Source: Gemmatales bacterium (GTDB lineage: Bacteria; Planctomycetota; Planctomycetia; Gemmatales; HRBIN36). From it: a DNA stretch of 64,000 bases. Location: assembly GCA_041640595.1 (NCBI GenBank), contig JBEPZY010000002.1, forward strand, positions 564,651 through 628,650. Direction: 5' to 3'. This document shows, piece after piece, positions 20,701 to 30,428 of this stretch; the first letter of the stretch is position 1, and each line of letters begins with the position of its first letter. A model generated the notes under the pieces. It made no database searches, was not told where the DNA came from, and was given only the letters and a program-made list of their open reading frames with translations. The translations under genes were made by a program, and so were the position numbers.

Positions 20701-21162
20701 ATGCTGACTACGTGCTGGGCCATCTGCTGGCTTGCGGAGCTGACCTTGGCGCGGTTGGATCCGATTAGGAGTAAGTACTACACAGACCTGCAATTGATGC
20801 AGGGCGAATGGGAGTTAGTAACTATGGAACCCGAGTTTCAGAAGGAGCTGTTTAAGGGGATGCGCCTGACCGTCAAGGGGAACACAATGATCAGCCGGTT
20901 CGGCAGAGGTACTTCAAAGAGAGAGATAGAGTTCCGCTTTATCCTCAGGCCGCAACTTTCGCCCAAGGGAATAGACTCCTTTGACCCCGATCAGCGCGAC
21001 TCGCCGCCAGGCGTGGCCATTTACGAAGTCACCGAACATCTCCTGATAATCCTCGACCATGCAAAGGTCGGGGAGGGTCGGCCAAAGGATTTCTCTTTTC
21101 CCGACCCAGATGACAATGATTACTACTTTTACTGCTTGATGGTCTTTCGCCGGGTGAAATGA
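20701..21162 (+). CDS. TIGR03067-domain exported protein (copy 2)
   Basis: DLQLMQGEWEL, LTVKGN, PKGID, AIYEV, RPKDF and VFRR; RBS GGAGGAG before ATG 20701. Confidence 0.82.
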   Translation: MLTTCWAICWLAELTLARLDPIRSKYYTDLQLMQGEWELVTMEPEFQKELFKGMRLTVKGNTMISRFGRGTSKREIEFRFILRPQLSPKGIDSFDPDQRDSPPGVAIYEVTEHLLIILDHAKVGEGRPKDFSFPDPDDNDYYFYCLMVFRRVK

Positions 21163-21277
21163 AGCTGCGGCCCAGGAAAGGTGATGCTGCTAAGCTGCTA
21201 CAGGGGCAGCAAGAGTTGGCAAGACACGACTGCTTGTACGAACCCTGAGCCGTGAACTAGGTGCATGCTGTAAACGC

Positions 21278-21968
21278 ATGGCAGAATCAGTAACCAGGGT
21301 CTATTCGTCGGAATTGGCCGGACCGCCTACGCGCCTCGAACTCCCGAGAGCGGGCGAAGTGGACGCCAACGGGGAAGCCGTGATTCGCGGAACGATTCAA
21401 CCGCACGGTGCCGACGAAGCTACGCAGTATTACCTGCCGCGTTTCCGTGCTTGGGATGATGCCGGCTCGAACGCGCTGTCGCCGTTCGTACAGCTCGCCG
21501 CCACGGATTTCAAAGTGAGTGACGGTGGTCTCCATACGGCCGGTCGGTACATTTCGCACGGCCTCGGACGGAGCCGTCTTGCTCAAGGAGGGAGACACGC
21601 TCAGCTTCGACGTCTGGATTGGGGGTGTTGGCGGCGGTGGCTCCATGCCTGGCTGGGACGGTAATATTCGGTGGGGAGTATTTGACGATGACCCGGGATA
21701 CGACGACCTTATCAAGGACTACTCTTCCGTAACACCCGATCTGTTGGCTCATCCGAATCCGACAGGTGCCTGGCAGGTTAATGCAGGGACTTTTACGCTT
21801 CGAGCGAGCCGCGGTGAGATTTATGGGGACGCAGGGGTCGGGTTAGGTGTCGGCTGGAAAGGCGATATTGAAGTCTATGTTCATATCTGGTGGTACTGCA
21901 ACTGTCCTTGTTGCTGGGGCGGGTACGACTACAGATCGTATATAGTTCGCGTGAGGTATGAGCCCTAG
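21278..21968 (+). pseudogene. Remnant of an extracellular beta-rich protein split by a 4-bp GTGA duplication
   Basis: ORFs 21278-21664 and 21519-21968 join in frame (..TDFKVTVVSIRP..) if one GTGA of GTGAGTGA (21515-22) is removed; no RBS or signal peptide. Confidence 0.55.
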
Positions 21969-22018
21969 AGTTAGAACTCGCTGCTTGCGATCGGTGGCAA
22001 CGGGCGGAGGGACTAAGC

Positions 22019-22495
22019 ATGAGCTCGAAAGTAAGGCTATTAGCTATTCGAGCCATCAAGATTTCGATGGTAGTCTTGCCCTTATGTCTTGTTGTTTTCG
22101 TCCTGGGAAGGGTGGAGCGATACCAGGCTATCCAAGGTAAATGGCAACTGGTCGAAGTACGCGGCAAGAGTGGCGACGAAATTTTGACGAGGCCAGGACC
22201 ACAGGGGACAGGTTTTTGGATCGTCGGCAACTGGATAAAGCCGTATGGCCACGGCTGCGAGGAGTGGGGACTGGGAGCTTTGCTGGTTTTGCACGGTAAC
22301 CCAAACGAGCAATGTTGCGACGGCCATATCGTATTCCCGCACTTGCTGGGAATCTATAGTACGCCAACCCTACTGGCTTTCGAGAACGATAAACTGCTCA
22401 TCGGCATTCGCGGGGGCGGACAACATCCGAGAACATTAGATTTGCAAAATGCGCCGGACGGCACCAGAATATGGGTACTAAAGCGTGATCGCTAG
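22019..22495 (+). CDS. Divergent TIGR03067-like protein (copy 3)
   Basis: N-terminal hydrophobic segment, IQGKWQLVE, FENDKLLI, HPRTL and WVLKR; RBS GGAGGG. Confidence 0.68.
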   Translation: MSSKVRLLAIRAIKISMVVLPLCLVVFVLGRVERYQAIQGKWQLVEVRGKSGDEILTRPGPQGTGFWIVGNWIKPYGHGCEEWGLGALLVLHGNPNEQCCDGHIVFPHLLGIYSTPTLLAFENDKLLIGIRGGGQHPRTLDLQNAPDGTRIWVLKRDR

Positions 22496-22602
22496 TAACC
22501 TTGTCGAATATAGTGCTTAGCGCAGAAGGCTTGCCTAAACTGGGCCGGGAGCGGCGGTGTTGCAGCAGCCCGGGCGGTGGGAACGGATGCGAGGGGTGGT
22601 GG

Positions 22603-23178
22603 TCACGGCTGGGCGAGGGTGGCGGCGCGTTGCTGAACGAGCTGGCTGAAGCTTTTGAATTCTGGAGAACCCGCTTGACGGAGCCATTCAAAGCCTACCG
22701 TTTCAACAGTGGTCAGGATAGCGCCAAGGCGTTCGAGTCGGCGTAAGGCGGTTTCGTGGTCTACGGCAAAACGCGAAGCCACGGCGTCAACGGGCAGATG
22801 TACCTGGAATCCCTCCGTGAGCAAATCGAGCACGGTTTGCAATACGCACACATGGGTTTCGATGCCGAGGACAACAATCTGACGACAATCCTGCTGGCGA
22901 AAGCTGGCGACGATCTGGGGCAGGGCACAACAGCTGAAGTCGAGCTTCTCGGGTCGCGTGGGCAAAAGTTCGGCCAGTTCGGAAACAGTAGGCCCGAGGC
23001 CTTTCGGATACTGTTCGGTGGCCTGCACGGGTATTTGCAGGAGCTGAGCCACCTGGAGGAGGAATCGGATATTGTTCACCAAGCGCTGGTTGTTCGGGAT
23101 CAGCCGAATTAGCTTTTCCTGGACGTCCACCACGAGCACGCCGCTACGCTTACGGTCGAGAAGAGTCGGGTGGGGCAT
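22603..23178 (-). CDS. Isochorismatase-family hydrolase
   Basis: VVDVQEKL, TEQYPKGLGPT, KLDFSC and GIETHVCVLQT motifs. Confidence 0.93.
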   Translation of the reverse strand: MPHPTLLDRKRSGVLVVDVQEKLIRLIPNNQRLVNNIRFLLQVAQLLQIPVQATEQYPKGLGPTVSELAELLPTRPEKLDFSCCALPQIVASFRQQDCRQIVVLGIETHVCVLQTVLDLLTEGFQVHLPVDAVASRFAVDHETALRRLERLGAILTTVETVGFEWLRQAGSPEFKSFSQLVQQRAATLAQP

Positions 23179-23387
23179 CGGCAGGGTTCCTGGGGCGTTG
23201 TGAGTAATGCCAGCGGTCTGGCGTGATCACAGCCGAGGAAATTCGAGCCAGAGCGGGTCAGGTGCAAAAGCTCCAGGAATGTGCTCTGGCATCCGGGACA
23301 TTCGCCCGCGTTGACCGAGGGTCAGATTTTATCGAATCGCAAATGGTTATCGAAGCGGTCTGAAGTGCGGAGAGTTCGCGGGAAGTT

Positions 23388-25826
23388 TCAGGAGCCGGCA
23401 GCATTCGGCGACGGTTGCAGTTGCTCGATAAATTGCCGCAGGTGCGACAGTTGTTGTTGCAATTGAGAGAGTTCCTGCTCGGCGGGCGGTTGCTGGGCGA
23501 AACGGTAGCGGTAATACAGTTCGGTGATGCGTACCGGTAAACGAGCCAGTTCGGAACTGGGGCAGCCGTGCTGGGAGAGCCAGCTCTGAGCGGCAGCGGC
23601 GTATTCGAGCAGAGATTGTGCGGGCGAGCGTGGCGGGAGAATGCGAGCCAGCAACTGGAGCAGTGCCTGTTGCCAGGGAGCGATGGGTCCGGCTAAGGAA
23701 GTTCGGGGAGCGTCGCGGCGGGAGCGCAATCGCCGCCAGACTACGAAGGCAGCCCCAGCCAGGGTGATGCCGCCCAGGGCCCGGCCTAACGCCCAGAGTA
23801 ATTCGCGATCGGTAACGTCGGCGAGATGCAGCTTGTCGAGCAAAGCGTTCACCGTGCCGAAAGAGCGAAAACCTTGCCCGGTACTGCCGTCCAGCACCAC
23901 GAGGTCCCACAGGTACCGTAAATCGTCGGCGAGCATTTTCCACCAGGGAGCCTGGCGATAAAGCCGAGTGCTGATAGCGGCACCGGGAGTCGGATCGAAC
24001 ATTCGCCACGAACCGCGGCGGATGGTGCCGTCAGTTTCACGTGGGCCGATCAAGGCTTCGACCCAGGCGTGGGCGTGGTAGGCACGCACTTCATGGGTTT
24101 TCCAGGTCGGGTTCCAGTCAGTCCCGCGAAAGCCGAGCACGATGCGGGCGGGGATGCGTTGCGACCGCAAGAGCAACGCCAGGGCAGAGGCATAGTGCTG
24201 ACACCAGCCCGCCTTCTTACCATCCTCGGTGACCGGCACGAGCAGGAATTCCTCGGTGGGATCGAGTTCGGGGTTTTTGCGAGTGCGGCTCAGCGTGTAA
24301 ACGAATTCGTCTGGGTTGTTGGCGAGGTAGTGCTCAAGAATTTGCGCTTTGGCGAGCACCTGGTCGGCACTTTCGCCCGGGATCGGTTCGGCAGGTAAGC
24401 GATGCCGCTGCAACACTTTGGCCGCCAGCTGGCTGATGCGTCGGCTCCAGAGCAGTTCAGCGGGAAGCTCATCCAGTCGCTGCCTCGATACACCAGGCAC
24501 AGCAAAGCTCGGCAAAACATTAGGCGGAAACAGGGGTCGGACAGACGGAGGCACTGCTACACTGCTTTCCCGGTGACTTTCGGGGACGGGCAAATGGGGA
24601 TCGTAGAGTTGTTCGTAACGCAGAAGGCGACTGCCCGCCAGCAACGCTGCCCACAGACTCGGTTCGCGTAAACGCAAAGCCACTCCTGCCAGCTCTGCAT
24701 CCGAATAGAACCAGATACCACCCGGGCGAACCAGTCCCGGATGCGGTTCTGCCAGAATCAAAGGCAGGCGCGTTCCGGTTTGTAGTTCTTCCAGTTCGCC
24801 GCTGTTTTCCAGCCAGACCGCGGAGGGGAGTTTCGTCAGGTCCACCTGAAATTGCAAACGATACTGCCCGCCCTGCAGTTGGATCGGATAGCGGAAGGGA
24901 ATGTAGGTAACGTCCGACTCCGAACTAGGTCGCCACTTTCCGTGGTCATAAACACTGCACGTCAGCACCCGTAACCGCAGATGGTCTCCTAACCAGACGC
25001 GGTTTCCCTGAGCGTCGAGAGCATCCATGCGTGCGACCAGTTCATCGCTCAGACGCAAGGAAGCTCCTGAGGTCAAATCAATGCCGGCAGATAATCCGGT
25101 CAGGTAAACCGAAGCGGTTCCGCCCGTCCACCAGGCTGGCACGCCGCGGCTGCCGATCCGCGGAACGCTCAGAAACAAAATGACTGCCAGGATCACTCCC
25201 AGCCCGGACCACCAGGCAGCGGTGGTCAATCCCGTGGACGAGAAACGCCACACTCGCGGCGATGTTCGCACGGCCGGATCGCCAGAACCGGTCTCGCTCC
25301 ACCTGTGCAAAACCACCAGAGCCCAGACCCCGCTCACCAGGTATGCCAGCAGTAGCCCGGGGAACAGCCGATAGCCGAGGTCTTCTGGCCGAGCTATCAG
25401 GGTGGCGCAAGCCAGCACCACCTGCACCAGGGCCAGAGCATGCATCATCCAGTAATCGCCGGCAGTGCGTGGCCGTAACCACTTAGCCAACAGCAGCAGC
25501 GCAAGAAGCGTTCCGCCGCGAAGAAAACCCACCCGGAGCCAGTCATCGCCAACCGCCAAACCTTCGATTTCCTGACGGTAAAATTCCGAGCCCACCCACG
25601 TCAACCACAATCCCATCAACATCAGCCCAAACAAATTCGCCAGCGTCGCGTTGAGATGCCAGCGCCTGGGGAAAAACATAAGCAGGGTCAAAACTCCCAC
25701 CAGCGTCGGGTACAGCCAGCCTGGCACGGCTGTGTCCACCACCGCCAGACAGGCCAAGGCGAATGTGAAGGTAAGCCAGTGACTCAGGAGGAAAGTCCAG
25801 TGCATGCTCGACACCAGCCGATGCAA
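23388..25826 (-). CDS. TgpA-like membrane transglutaminase-domain protein (DUF3488 + transglutaminase core)
   Basis: Multiple N-terminal TMs; GWCQHYAS, HAHAWVE and FDPTP supply the Cys-His-Asp triad. Confidence 0.9.
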   Translation of the reverse strand: MHRLVSSMHWTFLLSHWLTFTFALACLAVVDTAVPGWLYPTLVGVLTLLMFFPRRWHLNATLANLFGLMLMGLWLTWVGSEFYRQEIEGLAVGDDWLRVGFLRGGTLLALLLLAKWLRPRTAGDYWMMHALALVQVVLACATLIARPEDLGYRLFPGLLLAYLVSGVWALVVLHRWSETGSGDPAVRTSPRVWRFSSTGLTTAAWWSGLGVILAVILFLSVPRIGSRGVPAWWTGGTASVYLTGLSAGIDLTSGASLRLSDELVARMDALDAQGNRVWLGDHLRLRVLTCSVYDHGKWRPSSESDVTYIPFRYPIQLQGGQYRLQFQVDLTKLPSAVWLENSGELEELQTGTRLPLILAEPHPGLVRPGGIWFYSDAELAGVALRLREPSLWAALLAGSRLLRYEQLYDPHLPVPESHRESSVAVPPSVRPLFPPNVLPSFAVPGVSRQRLDELPAELLWSRRISQLAAKVLQRHRLPAEPIPGESADQVLAKAQILEHYLANNPDEFVYTLSRTRKNPELDPTEEFLLVPVTEDGKKAGWCQHYASALALLLRSQRIPARIVLGFRGTDWNPTWKTHEVRAYHAHAWVEALIGPRETDGTIRRGSWRMFDPTPGAAISTRLYRQAPWWKMLADDLRYLWDLVVLDGSTGQGFRSFGTVNALLDKLHLADVTDRELLWALGRALGGITLAGAAFVVWRRLRSRRDAPRTSLAGPIAPWQQALLQLLARILPPRSPAQSLLEYAAAAQSWLSQHGCPSSELARLPVRITELYYRYRFAQQPPAEQELSQLQQQLSHLRQFIEQLQPSPNAAGS

Positions 25827-25898
25827 TCGCCATCAGCCCGGGTGGATTCCGCGGACAGGGCCCTCGTCAAATCGTATCTGCGCTCGCCCGAAATCAAT

Positions 25899-27218
25899 TT
25901 ACGTCGCTCGAACCTGGTTGCCAGGGATAGGCGGATTGTACCAGCCAGCGAGGCGGGCCTGCTCAGCGGTTGTGCACAGGGCAACCGGCAAAGGCAGCTT
26001 GCTGAAATCCGGACACCTGGAGGCAGTTGTGACCCAGAGCACGGGAGCATGGCGAAAATAATACGGCAAGGCCAGACCAGGCCAGTCAGGAACTGAGCCG
26101 CCATTGCTGGTTGGGGAAGCGCCGACCGGCTGCGCATTGCCTTGCACCAGCGCCAGAGCATCGAGCAGGCGGCGCACGTCCGGCGTAGCGCTCTCGGCAA
26201 CAAAAGTACGGATTTCCTGTTCCAGTAAGACCAGAGCGATGCGACGGCCTGGCTGTTGATTCATCGCCAGGACAATGCTGGCCGCCAGGCTGATGGCTTG
26301 TTCGAGTGCCAGGTCAAAATTTGCGGCGTCGCTGGTCGTAACTGTTACCTGTGGTTGCCGGGCTTCCAGGACGAGCACCAAATCGTCGCTGGCTGGTGGT
26401 TCCATTTCACGGACCAGCAATTTGCCGGTGCGGGCGGAGCTTCGCCAGTGTACGTAGCGGGGACTGTCGCCGCTTCGGTATTCCCGCAAACCGTGGAACT
26501 CGAACTCCGCTCCGGGTAATGGTCGGTGCCAGGGTCGCGGAATGGCACTGTGGGAATGCTGCCACTCCAGGAGGGTTTGCAGATGCAGCAGGTTGACCTG
26601 ACCCACGGCGGGCCAGACGATTCGTTCCTCGCTGCATTCGTACCGGGCTTCTCGCCGACACAAGCCCAGCGGAAAACCCGTACTCACGCACAGATCCGAC
26701 CAGCGATACCGGCCCCGTCGCGGCAAAACATGCTGAACCCGTCGCACCAGGCGCTCGCCTCGGCGCAACTGCCCCACGTAATCGCACCACCGCAGTCGCA
26801 CTGACCCATCTGCGTGCCGGGCAGCCCGAATTTCCACGCGGTCTTCGAGCCGTAACCCGACCTGACGTGGTCCGGGATTTTGGATCTCCACCTCGACGAA
26901 AAATGGTTCCCCGGCCGCGATGGCTTCCGGAAGCCGTCGCGTGATTCGCAAGCGATTGAGCCCTCGCCGCAGGCCGACAATGTACAGCAAGTGCAACGCC
27001 ATCAGTCCAATCAGGAAAAAAGCAAGAAACGCCAGCAAACCGATGGAGCGATACCATCCCTGAGTCAACAGGACCGCCGCCAGCAGAATCCAGAACACTC
27101 CCTGCCAGGTGAGCCGAATGCGGCTACGGACTCGTTGCGGTTGGGCCATCCGATAGCTCCCACGGGTTCTGACTGGCGAATCGGAAAAGACTCCGGGTTG
27201 CTCTGATAAGGCCGGCAT
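25899..27218 (-). CDS. DUF58 domain protein
   Basis: FHGLREYRSGDSPRYVHWRSSARTGKLLVRE motif; true start may be 27149. Confidence 0.92.
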   Translation of the reverse strand: MPALSEQPGVFSDSPVRTRGSYRMAQPQRVRSRIRLTWQGVFWILLAAVLLTQGWYRSIGLLAFLAFFLIGLMALHLLYIVGLRRGLNRLRITRRLPEAIAAGEPFFVEVEIQNPGPRQVGLRLEDRVEIRAARHADGSVRLRWCDYVGQLRRGERLVRRVQHVLPRRGRYRWSDLCVSTGFPLGLCRREARYECSEERIVWPAVGQVNLLHLQTLLEWQHSHSAIPRPWHRPLPGAEFEFHGLREYRSGDSPRYVHWRSSARTGKLLVREMEPPASDDLVLVLEARQPQVTVTTSDAANFDLALEQAISLAASIVLAMNQQPGRRIALVLLEQEIRTFVAESATPDVRRLLDALALVQGNAQPVGASPTSNGGSVPDWPGLALPYYFRHAPVLWVTTASRCPDFSKLPLPVALCTTAEQARLAGWYNPPIPGNQVRAT

Positions 27219-27236
27219 TCGTTATCATTTCCAGGG

Positions 27237-27331
27237 CGTTGCCTTGCAGGATAAACCGCATTTACGCGCTTCGGGTCATGCGTGTTGCAGGCGGTGCAGC
27301 GCCGTTGCCTTGCAGCATAAACCGCATTTAC
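27237..27331. repeat. 29-bp direct repeat x2 (1 mismatch), 66-bp period
   Basis: CGTTGCCTTGCAG(G/C)ATAAACCGCATTTAC at 27237-65 and 27303-31. Confidence 0.9.
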
Positions 27332-28266
27332 ACCGGCACAGGTGTGGCCTCGAGAATCTCCGCGATAATGCGTTCGTTGTTCTGGAGCTGGCCATTGTAA
27401 CGGTATCCGACGGCGAAAATACGGTGGGCCAGAACCGGGATAGCCAGACGTTTGATGTCTTCGGGAATCACAAAGTCACGGTTTTCGCAGTAAGCCAGAG
27501 CCTGAGCACAGCGGTAAAGGATCAACCCGCCGCGGATGCTAACGCCCAGCTGGATATCTTCACGATTCCGTGTTGCCGTTACAATGTCGAGCAGGTAGTC
27601 GTGCAGGCTATCTTCCATGCGTACCTGACGCACTTCGGCCTGCATGGCAAGGATGTCCTCGCGGCTAACTACGGGGCGTAACGATTCCACCGGCTCACCC
27701 GCACGATGCTGGGCGAGCACCCGGCGTTCGATCTGGCGATCCGGATAGCCCAGCCGCAGCCGCAGAGCAAACCGATCGAGCTGGTTTTCCGGCAGGGGAT
27801 AGGTGCCCTGGTACTCGTAAGGGTTCTGGGTAGCGACGACCAGAAACGGCGGTTCCAGGGGATAGGTAACACCATCTACCGATACCTGCCGATCGCTCAT
27901 CGCCTCCAGCAAAGCGCTTTGCGTGCGGGGTGTGGCACGGTTAATTTCGTCGGCCAGGACAATGTTGGCGAAAATCGGCCCCGGTTTAAACACAAATTCG
28001 TTGCTCGGCGGGTGAAACACGCTGGTGCCAATCACATCGCTCGGCAGAAGGTCCGGTGTGAACTGAATGCGGTGAAATACCCCGTCAATGCTCCGGGCCA
28101 GTGCTTTGGCCAACAAGGTCTTACCCACGCCGGGCACGTCTTCGATGAGGATATGCCCTTCGGCCAGCAAGGCGACGAGCGCCAGACGGACGGTTTCCGC
28201 TTTGCCTAAAAACACGCTGTTGATGTTGTCTTCCAGCGCGCGAAGTCGTTCGTGCAATCGGGTCAT
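27328..28266 (-). CDS. moxR: MoxR family AAA+ ATPase
   Basis: EDVPGVGKT, RIQFTPDLLPSD, LADEINRATPRTQSALLEAM and ATQNP motifs. Confidence 0.96.
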   Translation of the reverse strand: MTRLHERLRALEDNINSVFLGKAETVRLALVALLAEGHILIEDVPGVGKTLLAKALARSIDGVFHRIQFTPDLLPSDVIGTSVFHPPSNEFVFKPGPIFANIVLADEINRATPRTQSALLEAMSDRQVSVDGVTYPLEPPFLVVATQNPYEYQGTYPLPENQLDRFALRLRLGYPDRQIERRVLAQHRAGEPVESLRPVVSREDILAMQAEVRQVRMEDSLHDYLLDIVTATRNREDIQLGVSIRGGLILYRCAQALAYCENRDFVIPEDIKRLAIPVLAHRIFAVGYRYNGQLQNNERIIAEILEATPVPV

Positions 28267-28431
28267 GGTTAAGGTTGGCGAAAGTCCTGGTGAATTCGTC
28301 CTGGCCGGAATTGTCCTCGCTGCTCATTCTACTCCGCCACTGGCGCCCGGGTTGCAGGCAAGCTGATTGGCTCGCGGGCTTATTCACCCGCGAGCACTCA
28401 GCGCAAGCCAATCACTGCGGGTACGGAAGGA

Positions 28432-29466
28432 CTACCGGGCCACGCGAATGACTATCTTGCCAAACATGCGACGCTGTTCCATGTATTCCTGAGCCTGTCG
28501 GGTTTGCTCCAGCGGAAAGATGGAGTCAATCACCGGCCGCAAGACTCGCCGATCCACCAGCTTGAGGCAGGTGAGCAAATCGTGTCGGCTGCCCATGTAG
28601 GCGCCGGTAACCACCAGTTGTTGCGTGAAGAAAAACCGCAAATCAAGTTCCACTTTCGGACCGGTAGTGGCACCGCAGGTTACCAGCCGACCGTTGCGTG
28701 CCAGGGATTTTAGAGCCGCTGCCCACATTGCCGAGCCGACATGCTCAAAAACAATGTCCACGCCGCGTCCGTGTGTGATTTTTCTCACCTCCGTCGCAAT
28801 GTCCTGCTGCGTGTAATCGAGAACGTAATCGGCTCCGAGTTGCTCTGCACGCCGGCACTTTTCCGCCCCACCGGCAACAGCAATCACTCGCGCCCCGGCA
28901 TATCTGGCGATTTGAACTGCTGCCACTCCCACTCCGCTGGAAGCTCCCATGACCAGCACGTCGTCTCCCGGTTGCAAACCAGCCCGCCGAAATAGCATGT
29001 TCCATGCAGTCAAAAACGTGAGCGGTACTGCCGCCCATTCTTCGAACGACCAGGCCTCGCTGATGGGAATAACATCGCAGGCTCGCGCTTTACTGAATTC
29101 GGCAAAACCACCCTGCGTCTGGTAGCCGTGAATGCGGTAGTCGGGGTCAAGGTGATCGAGACCCGCCGTGGTCCACTCACTGACACGGCGCGGCAATAAA
29201 CCTGGGGCAATAAGCACGCGCTGCCCGATGTTCAGTCCCTGGACTTTCGGCCCCAGAGCCGCCACTACCCCTGTCACTTCACATCCGCCGATGTGCGGCA
29301 TCGGTGCCACTCCCGGTAATCCCTGCCGCACCCAGAGATCGAGATGATTCAGTGCGCAGGCTCGCACTTCCACTAACACTTCGTCCTCATCGAGGCTGGG
29401 CAAAGGAACATCGCGTAGTTGCAATACCTCCGGCCCGCCATGTTGCTCGAAAATCACCGCCTTCAT
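28432..29466 (-). CDS. Zn-binding dehydrogenase / quinone oxidoreductase (MDR family)
   Basis: ALNHLDLW, GASSGVG, GRLVTCGATTG and FGKIV motifs. Confidence 0.92.
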   Translation of the reverse strand: MKAVIFEQHGGPEVLQLRDVPLPSLDEDEVLVEVRACALNHLDLWVRQGLPGVAPMPHIGGCEVTGVVAALGPKVQGLNIGQRVLIAPGLLPRRVSEWTTAGLDHLDPDYRIHGYQTQGGFAEFSKARACDVIPISEAWSFEEWAAVPLTFLTAWNMLFRRAGLQPGDDVLVMGASSGVGVAAVQIARYAGARVIAVAGGAEKCRRAEQLGADYVLDYTQQDIATEVRKITHGRGVDIVFEHVGSAMWAAALKSLARNGRLVTCGATTGPKVELDLRFFFTQQLVVTGAYMGSRHDLLTCLKLVDRRVLRPVIDSIFPLEQTRQAQEYMEQRRMFGKIVIRVAR

Positions 29467-30428
29467 GGTGTTCTCCGTTCGCATTTCGCATGGACTGAAG
29501 CCAGCCGGTTGATGAGTTGACTGGCCACGTGCCAGTCGTCCCAGCCGGCACTCTGTGCTTCGTCTATCAGGCGTTGTACCAGGTCAGCATGTTCCTGGAA
29601 GCGCTCCGCTAGGATTTCCTGAGCCAATAACAGCAATCGCTGGCGCTTTTGTTCCGGCGTATGTCGGCGTCTGGGTTGCCCGGCAAGTTGTTGTAGCAGT
29701 TCGGCCAATCCGGAGCCTTTAGCCGCACTGATGAGCAAGACCGGCTTAGCGGGGAAACCGGGCAGGTTGAGCGTTTGCCGTAATTGCTCGGCCGTGCGCG
29801 AAGCTCCCGGTAAATCCCCTTTACTCACCACAACCAGGTCCGCCACCTCAAGCAATCCCGCTTTTTCCCATTGAATCTCGTCGCCGCTTTCCGGTTGAAT
29901 CAAGAGAACCAGGCAATCCACTAAATCACGGATGGCGACGTCGCTCTGGCCAACGCCTACGGTTTCCACAAGAATCCAGTCGAAAGCGAACCGCTCTAAT
30001 AGTGCGATGCACAGGTCTAAGTTTTCGGCCAGGCCCTGTCTCCCTGGAGGAGCAGCAAGACTACGAATATAGGTCCCCGTATCATCGGGGGTGGTCGGCA
30101 TGCGAATGCGATCTCCCAGTAAGGCCCCGCCTGTTAGAGGACTGCGCGGATCGCAGGCTAGTACGGCCACGCTCTGCCCACGCTCCCGAATCAAGGGTAT
30201 AAGCTTACCAATCAAGGTGCTTTTCCCTGCTCCCGGAGCGCCGGTAATGGCTACGACAAGTGCCGAGGGAGAAACAGCGGATAAGAGCCTGTATAAGTGT
30301 GCTCGATAGTCCTGTTCGCCGGCTAAAGTTAGCAAACGTGCCAGTGCCCTTCGCTCCCCGCGACTATAAGCCTGCCACAATTCTGTTAATACAGGCGGGA
30401 TATCCGACGGGGGACTAATTGCGCTCAT
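29463..30428 (-). CDS. meaB: MeaB/ArgK-family GTPase chaperone of B12 mutases
   Basis: GAPGAGKST, DPRSPLTGGALLGDRIRM, ETVGVGQS and KGD motifs. Confidence 0.92.
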   Translation of the reverse strand: MSAISPPSDIPPVLTELWQAYSRGERRALARLLTLAGEQDYRAHLYRLLSAVSPSALVVAITGAPGAGKSTLIGKLIPLIRERGQSVAVLACDPRSPLTGGALLGDRIRMPTTPDDTGTYIRSLAAPPGRQGLAENLDLCIALLERFAFDWILVETVGVGQSDVAIRDLVDCLVLLIQPESGDEIQWEKAGLLEVADLVVVSKGDLPGASRTAEQLRQTLNLPGFPAKPVLLISAAKGSGLAELLQQLAGQPRRRHTPEQKRQRLLLLAQEILAERFQEHADLVQRLIDEAQSAGWDDWHVASQLINRLASVHAKCERRTP

